Below, piece by piece: positions 1 through 8,840 of a stretch of 38,743 nt of DNA. The notes under the pieces are model-generated. The model was not told the origin of the DNA. It saw nothing but the letters and a program-made list of their open reading frames with translations, and made no database searches. Each line of letters starts with the position of its first letter. The stretch's first letter is position 1. The position numbers and the translations under genes are program-made. Source of the DNA: an uncultured Nitrososphaeraceae archaeon (GTDB lineage: Archaea > Thermoproteota > Nitrososphaeria > Nitrososphaerales > Nitrososphaeraceae); NCBI GenBank assembly GCA_963837175.1, contig CAWIMJ010000048.1, positions 1-38,743 on the forward strand, given 5' to 3'.

Positions 1-18
1 AGAGTGATTACCCGAGAT

Positions 19-33
19 GGCTCTGTTAACTTA
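19..33 (+). repeat. IS6 left terminal inverted repeat
   Basis: GGCTCTGTTAACTTA; exact reverse complement at 788-802 (match extends to 17 bp with the flanking AT). Confidence 0.9.
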
Positions 34-70
34 GCGATAAATCTATAGCTGGATGAATCCTACTTCTTTT

Positions 71-793
71 ATGCACATATTTATTTAAAAGAAACAGAAT
101 GTCTGCAAAGTACGTTTGTTATGGGTTATACTTATATTATTTTTTAGGATTATCTTTTAGAGATACGTCCACAAAAGCTTTATCTCCATTTGTTGAAAGA
201 AGTCATGTTTCAATTTAAAAGTGGTTACAGCAGCATCATTATAATCCCCAAAAAATATACTGTGTAAAAGAAAAAGGATTTCTGAATTTATCATTGTTAA
301 TGAAACCCTAATTCATTCAAATAGGCAAGGACTATTTCTGGTTATGTTATGGGTTGCTATTATAGAACCATCCAATAAATAAGGTAAGTTTTAGAAATTC
401 ATCTTTCATTGGAAAGAAGAAATATGATTGTAGTAGCAGCAGAATAGTTTCTGAAGCATTTAGTAATAAAATAGGCAAAACATAAAGTAAAGTATCTTCA
501 GATGGCAGGTACATGGTATCATCCACCACCACAAGCCTGCAAATTTCTGAAATTAAAACATCATCATCATCTACATATTCTTCATTTGAAAAAAAAGTAT
601 CATCATATATAGAAATAAAGAACAGTACAATATTTTAAGGACAGGACTGAAAGTTTTGATGATGATTATTATTTTCCTTGTACTAAGAAGAAGAAGAAAA
701 GATGCAAATTGTATCACGTTATAAATTGGTTGAGTATGTTTGCGGATATTCATAATAAACTTATTCAAAATGAGATGATGATGTTCTTAAGTT
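71..793 (+). pseudogene. IS6-family DDE transposase pseudogene
   Basis: Piecewise + strand translation gives FKRNRMSAKYVCYGLYLY, GLSFRDTS, ERSHVSI*KWLQ, KRKRISEFII, LWVAI, SSDG/GTWY (~495-519), QACKFLKLKHH, RTVQYFKDRTESFDD..YFPC (~620-680), CKLYHVINWLSMF. These resemble the archaeal IS6 transposase layout, with many stops and small indels. Confidence 0.85.
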
Positions 794-802
794 AACAGAG
801 CC
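788..802 (-). repeat. IS6 right terminal inverted repeat
   Basis: TAAGTTAACAGAGCC, reverse complement of 19-33. Confidence 0.9.
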
Positions 803-1070
803 ATATTGGCATTGCATCTAATAGTATACGATATCATCATTAAACAGATCATTCAAAAAATATGCTGAAACTGTCGAAACTATTTACAACAGACGTGAAG
901 GATGTAGGTAGCTGCTGCCAGAATGCAAGATTTGGTAAAAGACATTCCTCCTAACTCTTCTATATAATTAGCTTCATACACTAAATATGTCATCATGCGA
1001 ATATATACGTTGAATATGTATAATTTGTAAACCTAATGGTTTATCAGATGATTTGCTATTTAATTCATAA

Positions 1071-1391
1071 TTGGTGAATCACCTATCACAATTCCTATAT
1101 TTAACTACTATCGGACGGAAATCAGGAAAACAGCATAAAATAGAGATTTGGTTTGTAGAGCATAATGATAGATACTATATAATGTCAGAACTTCATAAGC
1201 ATACACATTGGGTCCAGAATATATTACACAATCCACGAGTTTCATTTACTGTAAACGGTACAACACGTACAGGCACTGCACGAATGGTTGAAAAAGACAA
1301 GGCGCCTAAATTAGCTGCTGAAGTTTCAAAGTTGATGAGTACAAAATATGGCTGGAATAAGGGGTTAATTGTTGAACTGGTATATCATTAA
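1071..1391 (+). CDS. Deazaflavin (F420)-dependent nitroreductase-like protein (Ddn/FDOR-A split beta-barrel)
   Basis: YLTTIGRKSGKQHKIEIWF and HWVQNILHNPRVSF match the LTTxGRKSG...WxxNlxxnPxV signature of the Ddn family. Confidence 0.8.
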   Translation: MVNHLSQFLYLTTIGRKSGKQHKIEIWFVEHNDRYYIMSELHKHTHWVQNILHNPRVSFTVNGTTRTGTARMVEKDKAPKLAAEVSKLMSTKYGWNKGLIVELVYH

Positions 1392-1905
1392 AATCTTATT
1401 CCAATGATTCAGAGCATTGTAGAGGACTCTTGGTTAATTCGTTTATCATTTATTTATAATGAAGTAACTGGTTGTATGAACTGATGGATCTTAAAAATGA
1501 CTGCTGAAAAGAAGACAGTTGTTTAGGTTATGAGAGTAAGAGGCCTAGAATTTGAGACTTCTAGTCAGCTGCTATGGTCAACACTATTGGCAGTTTACTA
1601 CCATCTGATTCCTCTATTACAACTTTTACTTACGGATCCAATTCTCACTTTCTGAAGCTGCTTGGTAATTTTTTACATATAGCTAGGTCATAAGCACTCT
1701 GACCGGTATATACAATAGTATCTATCCAAGTAGCACTTTTATTTCAGAATTATATTCTTCTTCTACCAACTTTTTTTCTACCTACTCTTGTTATTGTGGT
1801 ATCAATTACCGAATTCATATATGCAAAAAATAACATATCTATAACACAGATTATGAATATGATCAGGAATGTTAATGGAGGAGGATATGACAAGCCGCTC
1901 CTCTG

Positions 1906-2406
1906 ATGCCGCTGCCAGACAGGCCTCCAATCCTCAGCTCCGCAGAGATCGACGAGCTTCTTTCGATGACACTAATCGCAAACCTAGCAACACTCGACCA
2001 GGACGGCGGTATCCACCTCTTGCCAATGTGGTTCTTGAGAATTGGTAATGACATCTGCATTCCGACGTCTAGCCATACACACAAGTACCGGAACCTCCGA
2101 GCGAGACCAAGTGCGTCCGTGATGATCGACTTGTCGCGGGCGGGCCTGGATCTCAAAGGAATGCTGATCAGGGGTCGAGTGGAACTCGTCTATGGAGAGG
2201 AGGCGCGGCAGATAAATCGCTCGATCCATTTGAAGTATGTGACGCCGGAAGGACTGAGCGACGCCAGCGTTGCCTCCTACCTCTCCAAAGGCGACGACGT
2301 AACCGTGAAGGTCCACATGGATAACTTGATCAGCTGGGACCTGGCCAGCTCGAAGGCAGGTAAGGCACTGGGTGTCAGCGGCGGATTCCGTCCACTCGAC
2401 GCATAG
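1906..2406 (+). CDS. Pyridoxamine 5'-phosphate oxidase-like (PPOX class, probably F420-dependent) oxidoreductase, GC-rich
   Basis: ANLATLDQDGGIHLLPMWF ... HKYRNLRARPSASVMID ... GMLIRGRVELV is the PNPOx split-barrel pattern. Counted 60-nt lines inside are 57-65% GC versus ~22% just upstream. Confidence 0.8.
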   Translation: MPLPDRPPILSSAEIDELLSMTLIANLATLDQDGGIHLLPMWFLRIGNDICIPTSSHTHKYRNLRARPSASVMIDLSRAGLDLKGMLIRGRVELVYGEEARQINRSIHLKYVTPEGLSDASVASYLSKGDDVTVKVHMDNLISWDLASSKAGKALGVSGGFRPLDA

Positions 2407-2557
2407 AAGAGAAGAAACAGAAGCTTGTCCGAAGGGTCAAAGGTAGGCCAAAACTAGAAGACTTTGAGAACAAACTAAGTCAAGTTAAACAGATTAGAAA
2501 TAGAAATAGCAGCAACGACGTTAAAGTTTAAGAAATAATATTTCATTCAAATCTCTA

Positions 2558-3601
2558 ATGGCTTTAGAGGAAAATGGTCTGAATTTTATTCTTAATCATT
2601 TCGAAGAGCCATTATTCCCCAGGACTATTTCTACTTACAGATCAGAAGGAAGACAGTTTGAAGTCTTTAGTAAAGAAGAAGTGATCAAAGCTTTTGAACA
2701 ATCTGATTTTCTAGACTGTAGAGTCAATGCTTATCGTTCATATACGGAATACAAAGGAATTAACAGACAGGCTCCTAACTTTATATTCATAGATCTAGAC
2801 AAGTCTACCTTCAATACAGAAAGGGCTCATAAACTAGCGTTATCTAACACTTTAAGAAATATCAAAGAAAAGCTGGCAGAAGGGTATCCTACTATAGTAT
2901 GGTCTGGAAATGGATATCATATTTATCAGCCAAATGAAGCCTTCGTATTAGAAGAGGAAGAAGCGTTCAGTGACTTTGATCAACCTTCTAAGGCATTCTT
3001 AAGATTTGCAGAACGATGTCTATCTAACAACAAATCAGATCCATCTCATAATCCATCATTTAAGTCATGTATGATAAGGATACCAGGTTCCTTTAATTCC
3101 AAATGTATATTGGAAGGTAAGGATCCAGAAGTTAGAATTATACAAACTTGGGATGGATACAGACCAAAGATTAACTTACTGTTGGGTAAATTTCACGCTT
3201 ATCTTGTAGATCAGACTATAAAAGAATTACAAAGACAGAAAGAATTAAAAGCAAAACATCAGACAAAGAAGAATGATAACGATGCTTCCAGAACTGCAAT
3301 TCCGTGGATCGATCTATTACTAGAGACTCCAATAGAAGATTATAGAAAGAATGCAATCAGCCTTATACTTGCACCTTATTTGATAAGTATAAAGAAATTA
3401 TATTATGATGATGCTTTCAATATAATAAAAGACTGGTTGAATAGGTGTGATTCAATTAAGAGATTAGATTCAAACTTTAACTATCGTATCAAATATGCTC
3501 TGGAAAATTCGATAAAGAAAGGTTATCTACCGATGAAGTTTGAAACCTTGAAAGAAAAGAATAGACCATTATATGATAAACTGAATATAGATAAACAATA
3601 A
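2558..3601 (+). CDS. Archaeo-eukaryotic primase (AEP) catalytic domain fused to a C-terminal PriX-like domain
   Basis: AEP motifs FIFIDLD (DxD), VWSGNGYHIY (SxxGxH) and MIRIPGSFNSK. After a charged linker, IPWIDLLLETPIEDYRKNAISLILAPYLISIKKL...IIKDWL resembles the PriX/PriCT helical domain. Confidence 0.8.
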   Translation: MALEENGLNFILNHFEEPLFPRTISTYRSEGRQFEVFSKEEVIKAFEQSDFLDCRVNAYRSYTEYKGINRQAPNFIFIDLDKSTFNTERAHKLALSNTLRNIKEKLAEGYPTIVWSGNGYHIYQPNEAFVLEEEEAFSDFDQPSKAFLRFAERCLSNNKSDPSHNPSFKSCMIRIPGSFNSKCILEGKDPEVRIIQTWDGYRPKINLLLGKFHAYLVDQTIKELQRQKELKAKHQTKKNDNDASRTAIPWIDLLLETPIEDYRKNAISLILAPYLISIKKLYYDDAFNIIKDWLNRCDSIKRLDSNFNYRIKYALENSIKKGYLPMKFETLKEKNRPLYDKLNIDKQ

Positions 3602-3797
3602 ACGGATGTATTGCCTTACACTCTAACTGTTACCAAAACAAATTAGTATAAAATTGGATATTCAAGTAGGGCCTATTATTTTGAATTAAATCTCTTTAAT
3701 GGGATTTGTATACATCAAATTTGTTATTATATGTTAATCAATTATATGGACAACCTATTTTGATTCTAGAACCTCTGTCAAATCATATGACTCAGCG

Positions 3798-3912
3798 TTT
3801 CCACACACTTTTCCCCACAATATGACATACAACTAGAGGATTTTCCACATATTTTGACATACATCGAGTAGACCGTGGAAAGCTGTATACCTAAATCTAC
3901 CTGGTATACCTA
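3798..3912. repeat. Clustered short direct and inverted repeats (candidate origin/iterons)
   Basis: TTTCCAC at 3798, TTTTCCCCAC at 3809, TTTTCCAC at 3841 and inverted GTGGAAA at 3875; TGACATACA at 3823 and 3855; GTATACCTA at 3885 and 3904. An AT-rich stretch lies upstream (3660-3770). The repeats are seen; the origin function is inferred. Confidence 0.5.
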
Positions 3913-3954
3913 GGAGTTTATAGCTTTGAATATATCATTTACTTATAGTAGGAT

Positions 3955-4154
3955 ATGGATGCTGTAAATCGTCAGTATCAAATGAATAACAATAAACTAT
4001 CAATGGTACTCTCAACAAAACTATCGATAGAAGATTATAATGCGTTGTAATTCTAACCAAAATTGAATATGAAGCGAGATTGATTAAAGAAGAAAGTACA
4101 TCAGAACTATTACGATTTACAATAAGACATATACTAAAGCAAGTTCATAATTAA
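3955..4154 (+). pseudogene. Frameshifted ribbon-helix-helix (CopG-like) DNA-binding protein
   Basis: MDAVNRQYQMNNNKLSMVLSTKLSIEDYNA, then a 1-nt shift at ~4046 continues VILTKIEYEARLIKEESTSELLRFTIRHILKQVHN*. Strand-helix-(S-x-S-ELLR)-helix is the RHH pattern. Not in the ORF track. Confidence 0.55.
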
Positions 4155-4561
4155 CCTGAATATCTTATATTCAAACAAGAAAACAACAGAAAGCTCAAAA
4201 CAGTCAGCAACAAGAGTTTCATAATCAATTTACTTTACAGCCTACTCATACTGTTGGTCATTAGCATCAAGTTCTCAACATATCCCGCAGAAACAATTCC
4301 GTCGGTCAGAAAATGACACGATGGAAATCATCGTTAATATCAACGCAAACAAATCACCATATATTATAGCGATTACAGTGTATCGAATGACCTACAAAAC
4401 ATAAGAGGCAGCATAGCGTTTCTTTGATAGCACTGCATTATTGTTTACAATACGATATTACTTATTAATTACTGATAAAAGGTAATTGTTATATATACTA
4501 TAGAATAAGGATATAAAATAGTACAATACTCCTTATCAATTGTATCTTTCGGTATACGCTA

Positions 4562-5224
4562 ATGTCTACAAAATCAAAGTTGATGGACTTTACTATTGTC
4601 GCGGCATTAGCACTTATAACAACAATGACAGTAGCTGGTAGCCTAGTTAACACTCAGCCAGCACTAGCCAAAATATCTAGTTCAGAAGAGGATATTCCAT
4701 ACCAAGAAGAGGAAACAGTAGCAACAAGCCAGATAGATGAAATTTCTTCTATGCTAAAGGTAGTTGGTGACAAAGAGGAAGAAGAATCGGATGAAGATGC
4801 TAAGGAGATTCATGACGACTATTCCGATAAAGCATCATCTACGAACTATGAAGATGAACAAGACCATCAATGCAGAAAAGGAAATGTACTTAAGGGCGTA
4901 TACGATCCTGGGAGATTGAATGTACTATCTTCATGCGAAGAAGCAGTTGGTATAGTACATGATTCTGAACGTGTAAATGATGGAGACTTCAAGTTCTATT
5001 TGGATGTTGAAGATGAGTATAAGAAACTGCTAAATGAAGCAAACGACAAAAGGGCAAATGGACTGCTCGTAGTAGAAATTATTCCAAAAGACCAAGGTTC
5101 TAGCATGATTGAAATTCCGGAAGATGGTGACAGAGTTAGAGTTGTTGGAGCATGGGTAAGTGATGAAGGAGCTGGAGGTTGGAATGAGATACATCCAACA
5201 TGGAAGGTAGAGGTTTTAGGATAG
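4562..5224 (+). CDS. Secreted acidic protein with C-terminal OB-fold-like domain
   Basis: Signal peptide ending PALA, D/E-rich linker, then VYDPGRL..C....G.V......DGD...LVVEIIP..GDRVRVVGAWVSD..GWNEIHP, a conserved uncharacterised domain. Confidence 0.7.
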   Translation: MSTKSKLMDFTIVAALALITTMTVAGSLVNTQPALAKISSSEEDIPYQEEETVATSQIDEISSMLKVVGDKEEEESDEDAKEIHDDYSDKASSTNYEDEQDHQCRKGNVLKGVYDPGRLNVLSSCEEAVGIVHDSERVNDGDFKFYLDVEDEYKKLLNEANDKRANGLLVVEIIPKDQGSSMIEIPEDGDRVRVVGAWVSDEGAGGWNEIHPTWKVEVLG

Positions 5225-5406
5225 AAGAATTAACTTTAGAAATGTGTTATATCTGATAACATTTTCTTCTATTGAATATAGGGAGAAAGACGCCTGTATG
5301 TGAAACAGAGAAATTGAGTGTCGCTTCTATTCTTATTCTTAACTCTGATTATTGCAATAATATTGTATAGATTTATAGTGTAAAGCATGAAAAGGCCTAC
5401 CAGATC

Positions 5407-6106
5407 ATGTTAAGAAAAGAACTTGAACTACTGTTGTTTACTTTTGGAATAATAATCCTTGTTTATTTTGCTCTTCCAGATTATTTATTATTATCGTACT
5501 TTATATGTGCAAGCGCAACTGCAACAACAACAGCCGTTACCGACAATAAGTCTCAAGATTACATCCCCTGTTACCAATCAAGTTCCAGTTGGCCGGCTTA
5601 CAATATCAGGGACATCCACAGATAATACAACTTCTGATTGTACTGTATATACTGATTGGAATAATACAAAACCATTCCAGAAAGCTGTTGCAACCGGTAA
5701 GGGTGAAGTAAATGATTATTCTAACTGGACTTTTACGTATTCTGATAAATACCATCTTATTACAAACGGAACAAACAATCTAACTTTTAAATTCTCTTGT
5801 CTTAATAATAATAATGGTGAAGGTACTGTCAATTTAACAACATAGTATAGTTTAGATATTACTGGAATAATGGAATCTTCTCAAGGACCGGTATCATCAG
5901 TAGCAGTAGAAGAACAACAGAATAATCTTAATAGTGGTAGTATTTCTTTTTCTTTGTCTCCTGTAAAGGAAGATAATAATAATACTAAGACGGCAGCCAG
6001 AACAACAACAACCACTGTTCCAGAATCAACTCCTTCTGTTCCAATAACGCCATCTCCTGAGCCTAAAGACACTGAAACCACAACTATCTATTGGGATATT
6101 CAATAG
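5407..6106 (+). pseudogene. Broken secreted protein with Ig-like (ITSP...SGTSTD...C) domain and T/P-rich tail
   Basis: The signal peptide is in ORF 5407. A frameshift in the TATTATTAT run (~5484-5494) leads into ORF 5459-5845. TAG at 5843-5845 is followed in frame by YSLDITGI and ORF 5870-6106. Confidence 0.65.
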
Positions 6107-6333
6107 GACAGAGTAGCTTTTCGACCTTAAAGTAAGTATATTCGATTTAGGATGAGTTCTGACTAGGTAATAATTATTATTAATTCTCTGGCTAAGATGG
6201 AAATTGTATGATGACAAGGGTTGGGCGCTCTGTAATCTCTATTAGATCAATCATAATTATCAATAATCTTATAAATTACCCTTTGAGTAAAATATCGATG
6301 CATAATCATCAGCATAATCTTAAAACACATAAT

Positions 6334-6841
6334 ATGTCAAAATTATTGGTTATTGGATTATCTATTATATTACTAACCGGAATATCTCTCGTTCCCACAT
6401 TACAAATTAAAGTACAAGGCCAAGTCCGACAGTCACCAGCACCGCCAACACCAGGAACCACTGCACCACCAGCAGCATCACCAGCACCGCCAACACCAGG
6501 AGGTAGTCCATCATCAGGAACTTCACCACACACATCAAATCCAGTCACCAGGAGGTAGTCCATCATCAGGAACTCCACCACCACCTTTGGATACAGCAGA
6601 TGGCGGCGAAGCAGCTAATCAGACAGGTGGGGAAGGTGGTGGTGCAGTCAACCAAAGTGCTATGGTAATGATTCCTCAAAGCACCATGCAAATGATTATG
6701 AACCAGTTACAAGATGCCATGACCGCAATAGATAGTGGCAATAAAGATAATGCTACAAAGGCAATGAATAGTGTGGATCAGGAATTAAAAAGTGCAGCAA
6801 ATGAATCGGGTATATCTATAGAACCCACCACAACAGGTTGA
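6334..6841 (+). pseudogene. Frameshifted secreted Pro/Ser/Thr-repeat protein with C-terminal helical hairpin
   Basis: MSKLLVIGLSIILLTGISL signal at 6334. The second copy of a 29-nt repeat lies 52 nt from the first (not a multiple of 3). Reading PGGSPSSGTPPPP in the shifted frame joins ORF 6587-6841. Confidence 0.65.
6433..6574 (+). repeat. Intragenic direct repeats
   Basis: TCACCAGCACCGCCAACACCAGGA at 6433 and 6478; CACCAGGAGGTAGTCCATCATCAGGAACT at 6494 and 6546. Confidence 0.9.
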
Positions 6842-7119
6842 GTAGGTAGAGGAGATGCAGCAGAAGAAGATAACATTAATTCTGTGACCGCATAATTAGA
6901 AAAAAGAGCATATTATCAACAATCAACAATTGAAGTTAAGAAACCAATATCTACACCAAAGAAAGTATTGTTCATTGGGTTAGAACTGAAACAAGAATTA
7001 GAATCGGATCATATCCTTAATTAATAATAATATGAATCTGAATTTGCCTGTCATTCCAATGAAAGGAACTACTACAATTGGTGTAGTACACTACATTAAA
7101 TCATACTAATGCAGGGCGC

Positions 7120-7489
7120 TTAAGGAAATGGTATTGTATTATCAAAGGGTAATTTGAAAGGTACATCATCGTCATCATCATCTTCCGATGGATTAATATT
7201 ATCACCACCATCACCATCATCATCTATCATAACGTTATCTTCTGATTCGCTGGTATCATCATTGCTTTCTTGTTCCTCTGCTGCCTTCTTCTTCTTCTTG
7301 TTTCCCTCTATTATCATCATTAGGATTTGTCTCACTTGTCACTAATTCCTGCTTAATGGCTTTATCTTCATCATCTTCTTTATCCATCAGCTCAGCAGAA
7401 GCAGCTGCTGTAGACACTTGACTGAAGAGTATTAAACTAACTATCATTACTCCTACGGGAAGATAGATGGCAAACAGTTTTAGTTGCAT
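7120..7489 (-). pseudogene. Frameshifted small secreted acidic protein ending PFKLPFDNTIPFP
   Basis: ORF 7259-7489 has the signal peptide and acidic start; ORF 7120-7335 has the acidic tail and C-terminal P/F motif. One shift near the (GAA)n run at ~7270-7300 joins them. Confidence 0.65.
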
Positions 7490-8070
7490 CGTGGTTGTGC
7501 CTCTATATTGTTATCAGTATATTTGGATTGGATATCATAATGACGTACTTTTATTTCAGGACATTGTACTAGAGAGAAGTACGTGTAGAGAGAAAGAAAA
7601 AAATCATGAATATAACAAACAGAAAAGTTCGGTCATATCCTTGACTAAATAATGCTATTCAATGAAACTAGATTGTGCTACTAACGCTATAACATAGTAG
7701 AAGATGATGATGCTCTGTTGTTGGTTTGTGGAAGAAAGAATCATTATCAAAATAGAAGATAGATTTATGCATTCTCTAATATTAAAGAATAAAGAACTTG
7801 GATATAAGATTAATTATACCTTAATAAGGCTTTATTATTAGTTATCCCTGAAAGGAGAAAATCATACAAGTTCCCTCTTTTTAAAGAGTATATATAATGC
7901 CAATAGTTTCAGGCAGAAATCCTGTTATGAGAAGAATTGGCAGAATATGTCTTTACAAACATCTCGGAATAGTTAACTACTATTGCAATTATTATGACTA
8001 CTGTTACCATTTACATACTTTTGGATGCTCTTGTGACTATAACATAATTCTCTTAGGAGACGCGATATAA

Positions 8071-8479
8071 ATGGAAAATAAAGAAGGATTACCACCATTA
8101 TTGATCAATATTCAACCTATATCAAAAGAAGACAAAATTGAATTAGAAGAGCTGGCGAGAAAATACGGAAATTTACATGATGAATTGAATGAACCACATG
8201 CAAGAGAAAAAGTGAATTTAGTTACGAAAGGGAAAGATGCTCAAGACGGCTCCAAGTCAGGTGGCGAAGTAGTAGGATCTCTTCTGGCAACTTTAGCTAA
8301 TATCAGCAGGAGGCACTCTTATTCTAAGTCTTGCAAATGCTCTACAGTCATGGCTTACACATCATAAGAAGAGAAAAATTATTTTGGAGATAGGTGGAAA
8401 TAAGCTAGAAGTAACAGGTATACCAGAGCTGAATAATTCTACCATAGCTATGAGAATACTCAACAACATATTTATCTGA
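8071..8479 (+). pseudogene. EACC1-like (effector-associated constant component) protein, frameshifted
   Basis: ELEELAR..LHDEL...VNLVTKG...GSKSGGEVVGSLLATLA, then a shift at ~8300 gives SAGGTLILSLANALQSWLTHHKKRKIILEIGGNKLEVTGI. The G-rich hydrophobic segment plus WL...I.LEIGG.KLE.TG is recognised from memory of this family. Confidence 0.55.
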
Positions 8480-8840
8480 TTATAATACCAGTCGTTACCT
8501 AAAGTATTATTAGTCTCAGATTGCTACATCCAGAATTAACAATAGAATGATGCTGCAAATAGTAGTATAATGATTACTTTAGTCTTAAATAATATTGAAA
8601 AAACAGTAAACTATCACAATATAATACTAATTCTGCAATTGAAAATAATATTGAAGCACGGTTATCTTCTGTAGAGCCATCACTGCCTTCACTTTCTGTA
8701 AGTTTTGTTTTGATAGATAAACTAACTCATTGTCGTCTTTAAAGATATGTATTTGTAATGATATATGTCAATCTGTTTTCACTCTATGGCTATACCATCA
8801 AGATTATTAAGATAGGAAAAGACTTTGAAAATCTTGAGTT

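Larger units (their letters stand above)
19..802 (+). mobile_element. Decayed IS6-family insertion sequence (784 bp)
   Basis: Perfect terminal inverted repeats GGCTCTGTTAACTTA (19-33) and TAAGTTAACAGAGCC (788-802). The GG(C/T)(A/T)CTGT end motif and ~0.8 kb length are typical of IS6. The interior encodes broken transposase motifs. No matching target-site duplication. Confidence 0.88.

Noticed and set aside
347-768. Minus-strand ORFs 347-532 and 571-768
   Set aside because: Antisense shadows of the IS6 transposase pseudogene on the + strand.
1535-1590. AGGCCTAGAATTTGAGACTTCTAG, faintly like a reversed tRNA T-arm or att site
   Set aside because: No cloverleaf, no GTTCRA loop and no second copy found.
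1872-2316. Minus-strand ORFs 1872-2156 and 1984-2316
   Set aside because: Open only because the PPOX gene is GC-rich; no motifs.
3841-3849. TTTTCCACA matches the bacterial DnaA-box consensus
   Set aside because: Archaeal context and a single exact copy; treated as part of the iteron/ORB-like cluster instead.
6433-6574. 24- and 29-bp direct repeats as a mini-CRISPR
   Set aside because: Only two copies each, overlapping, encoding Pro-rich peptide repeats; no cas genes.
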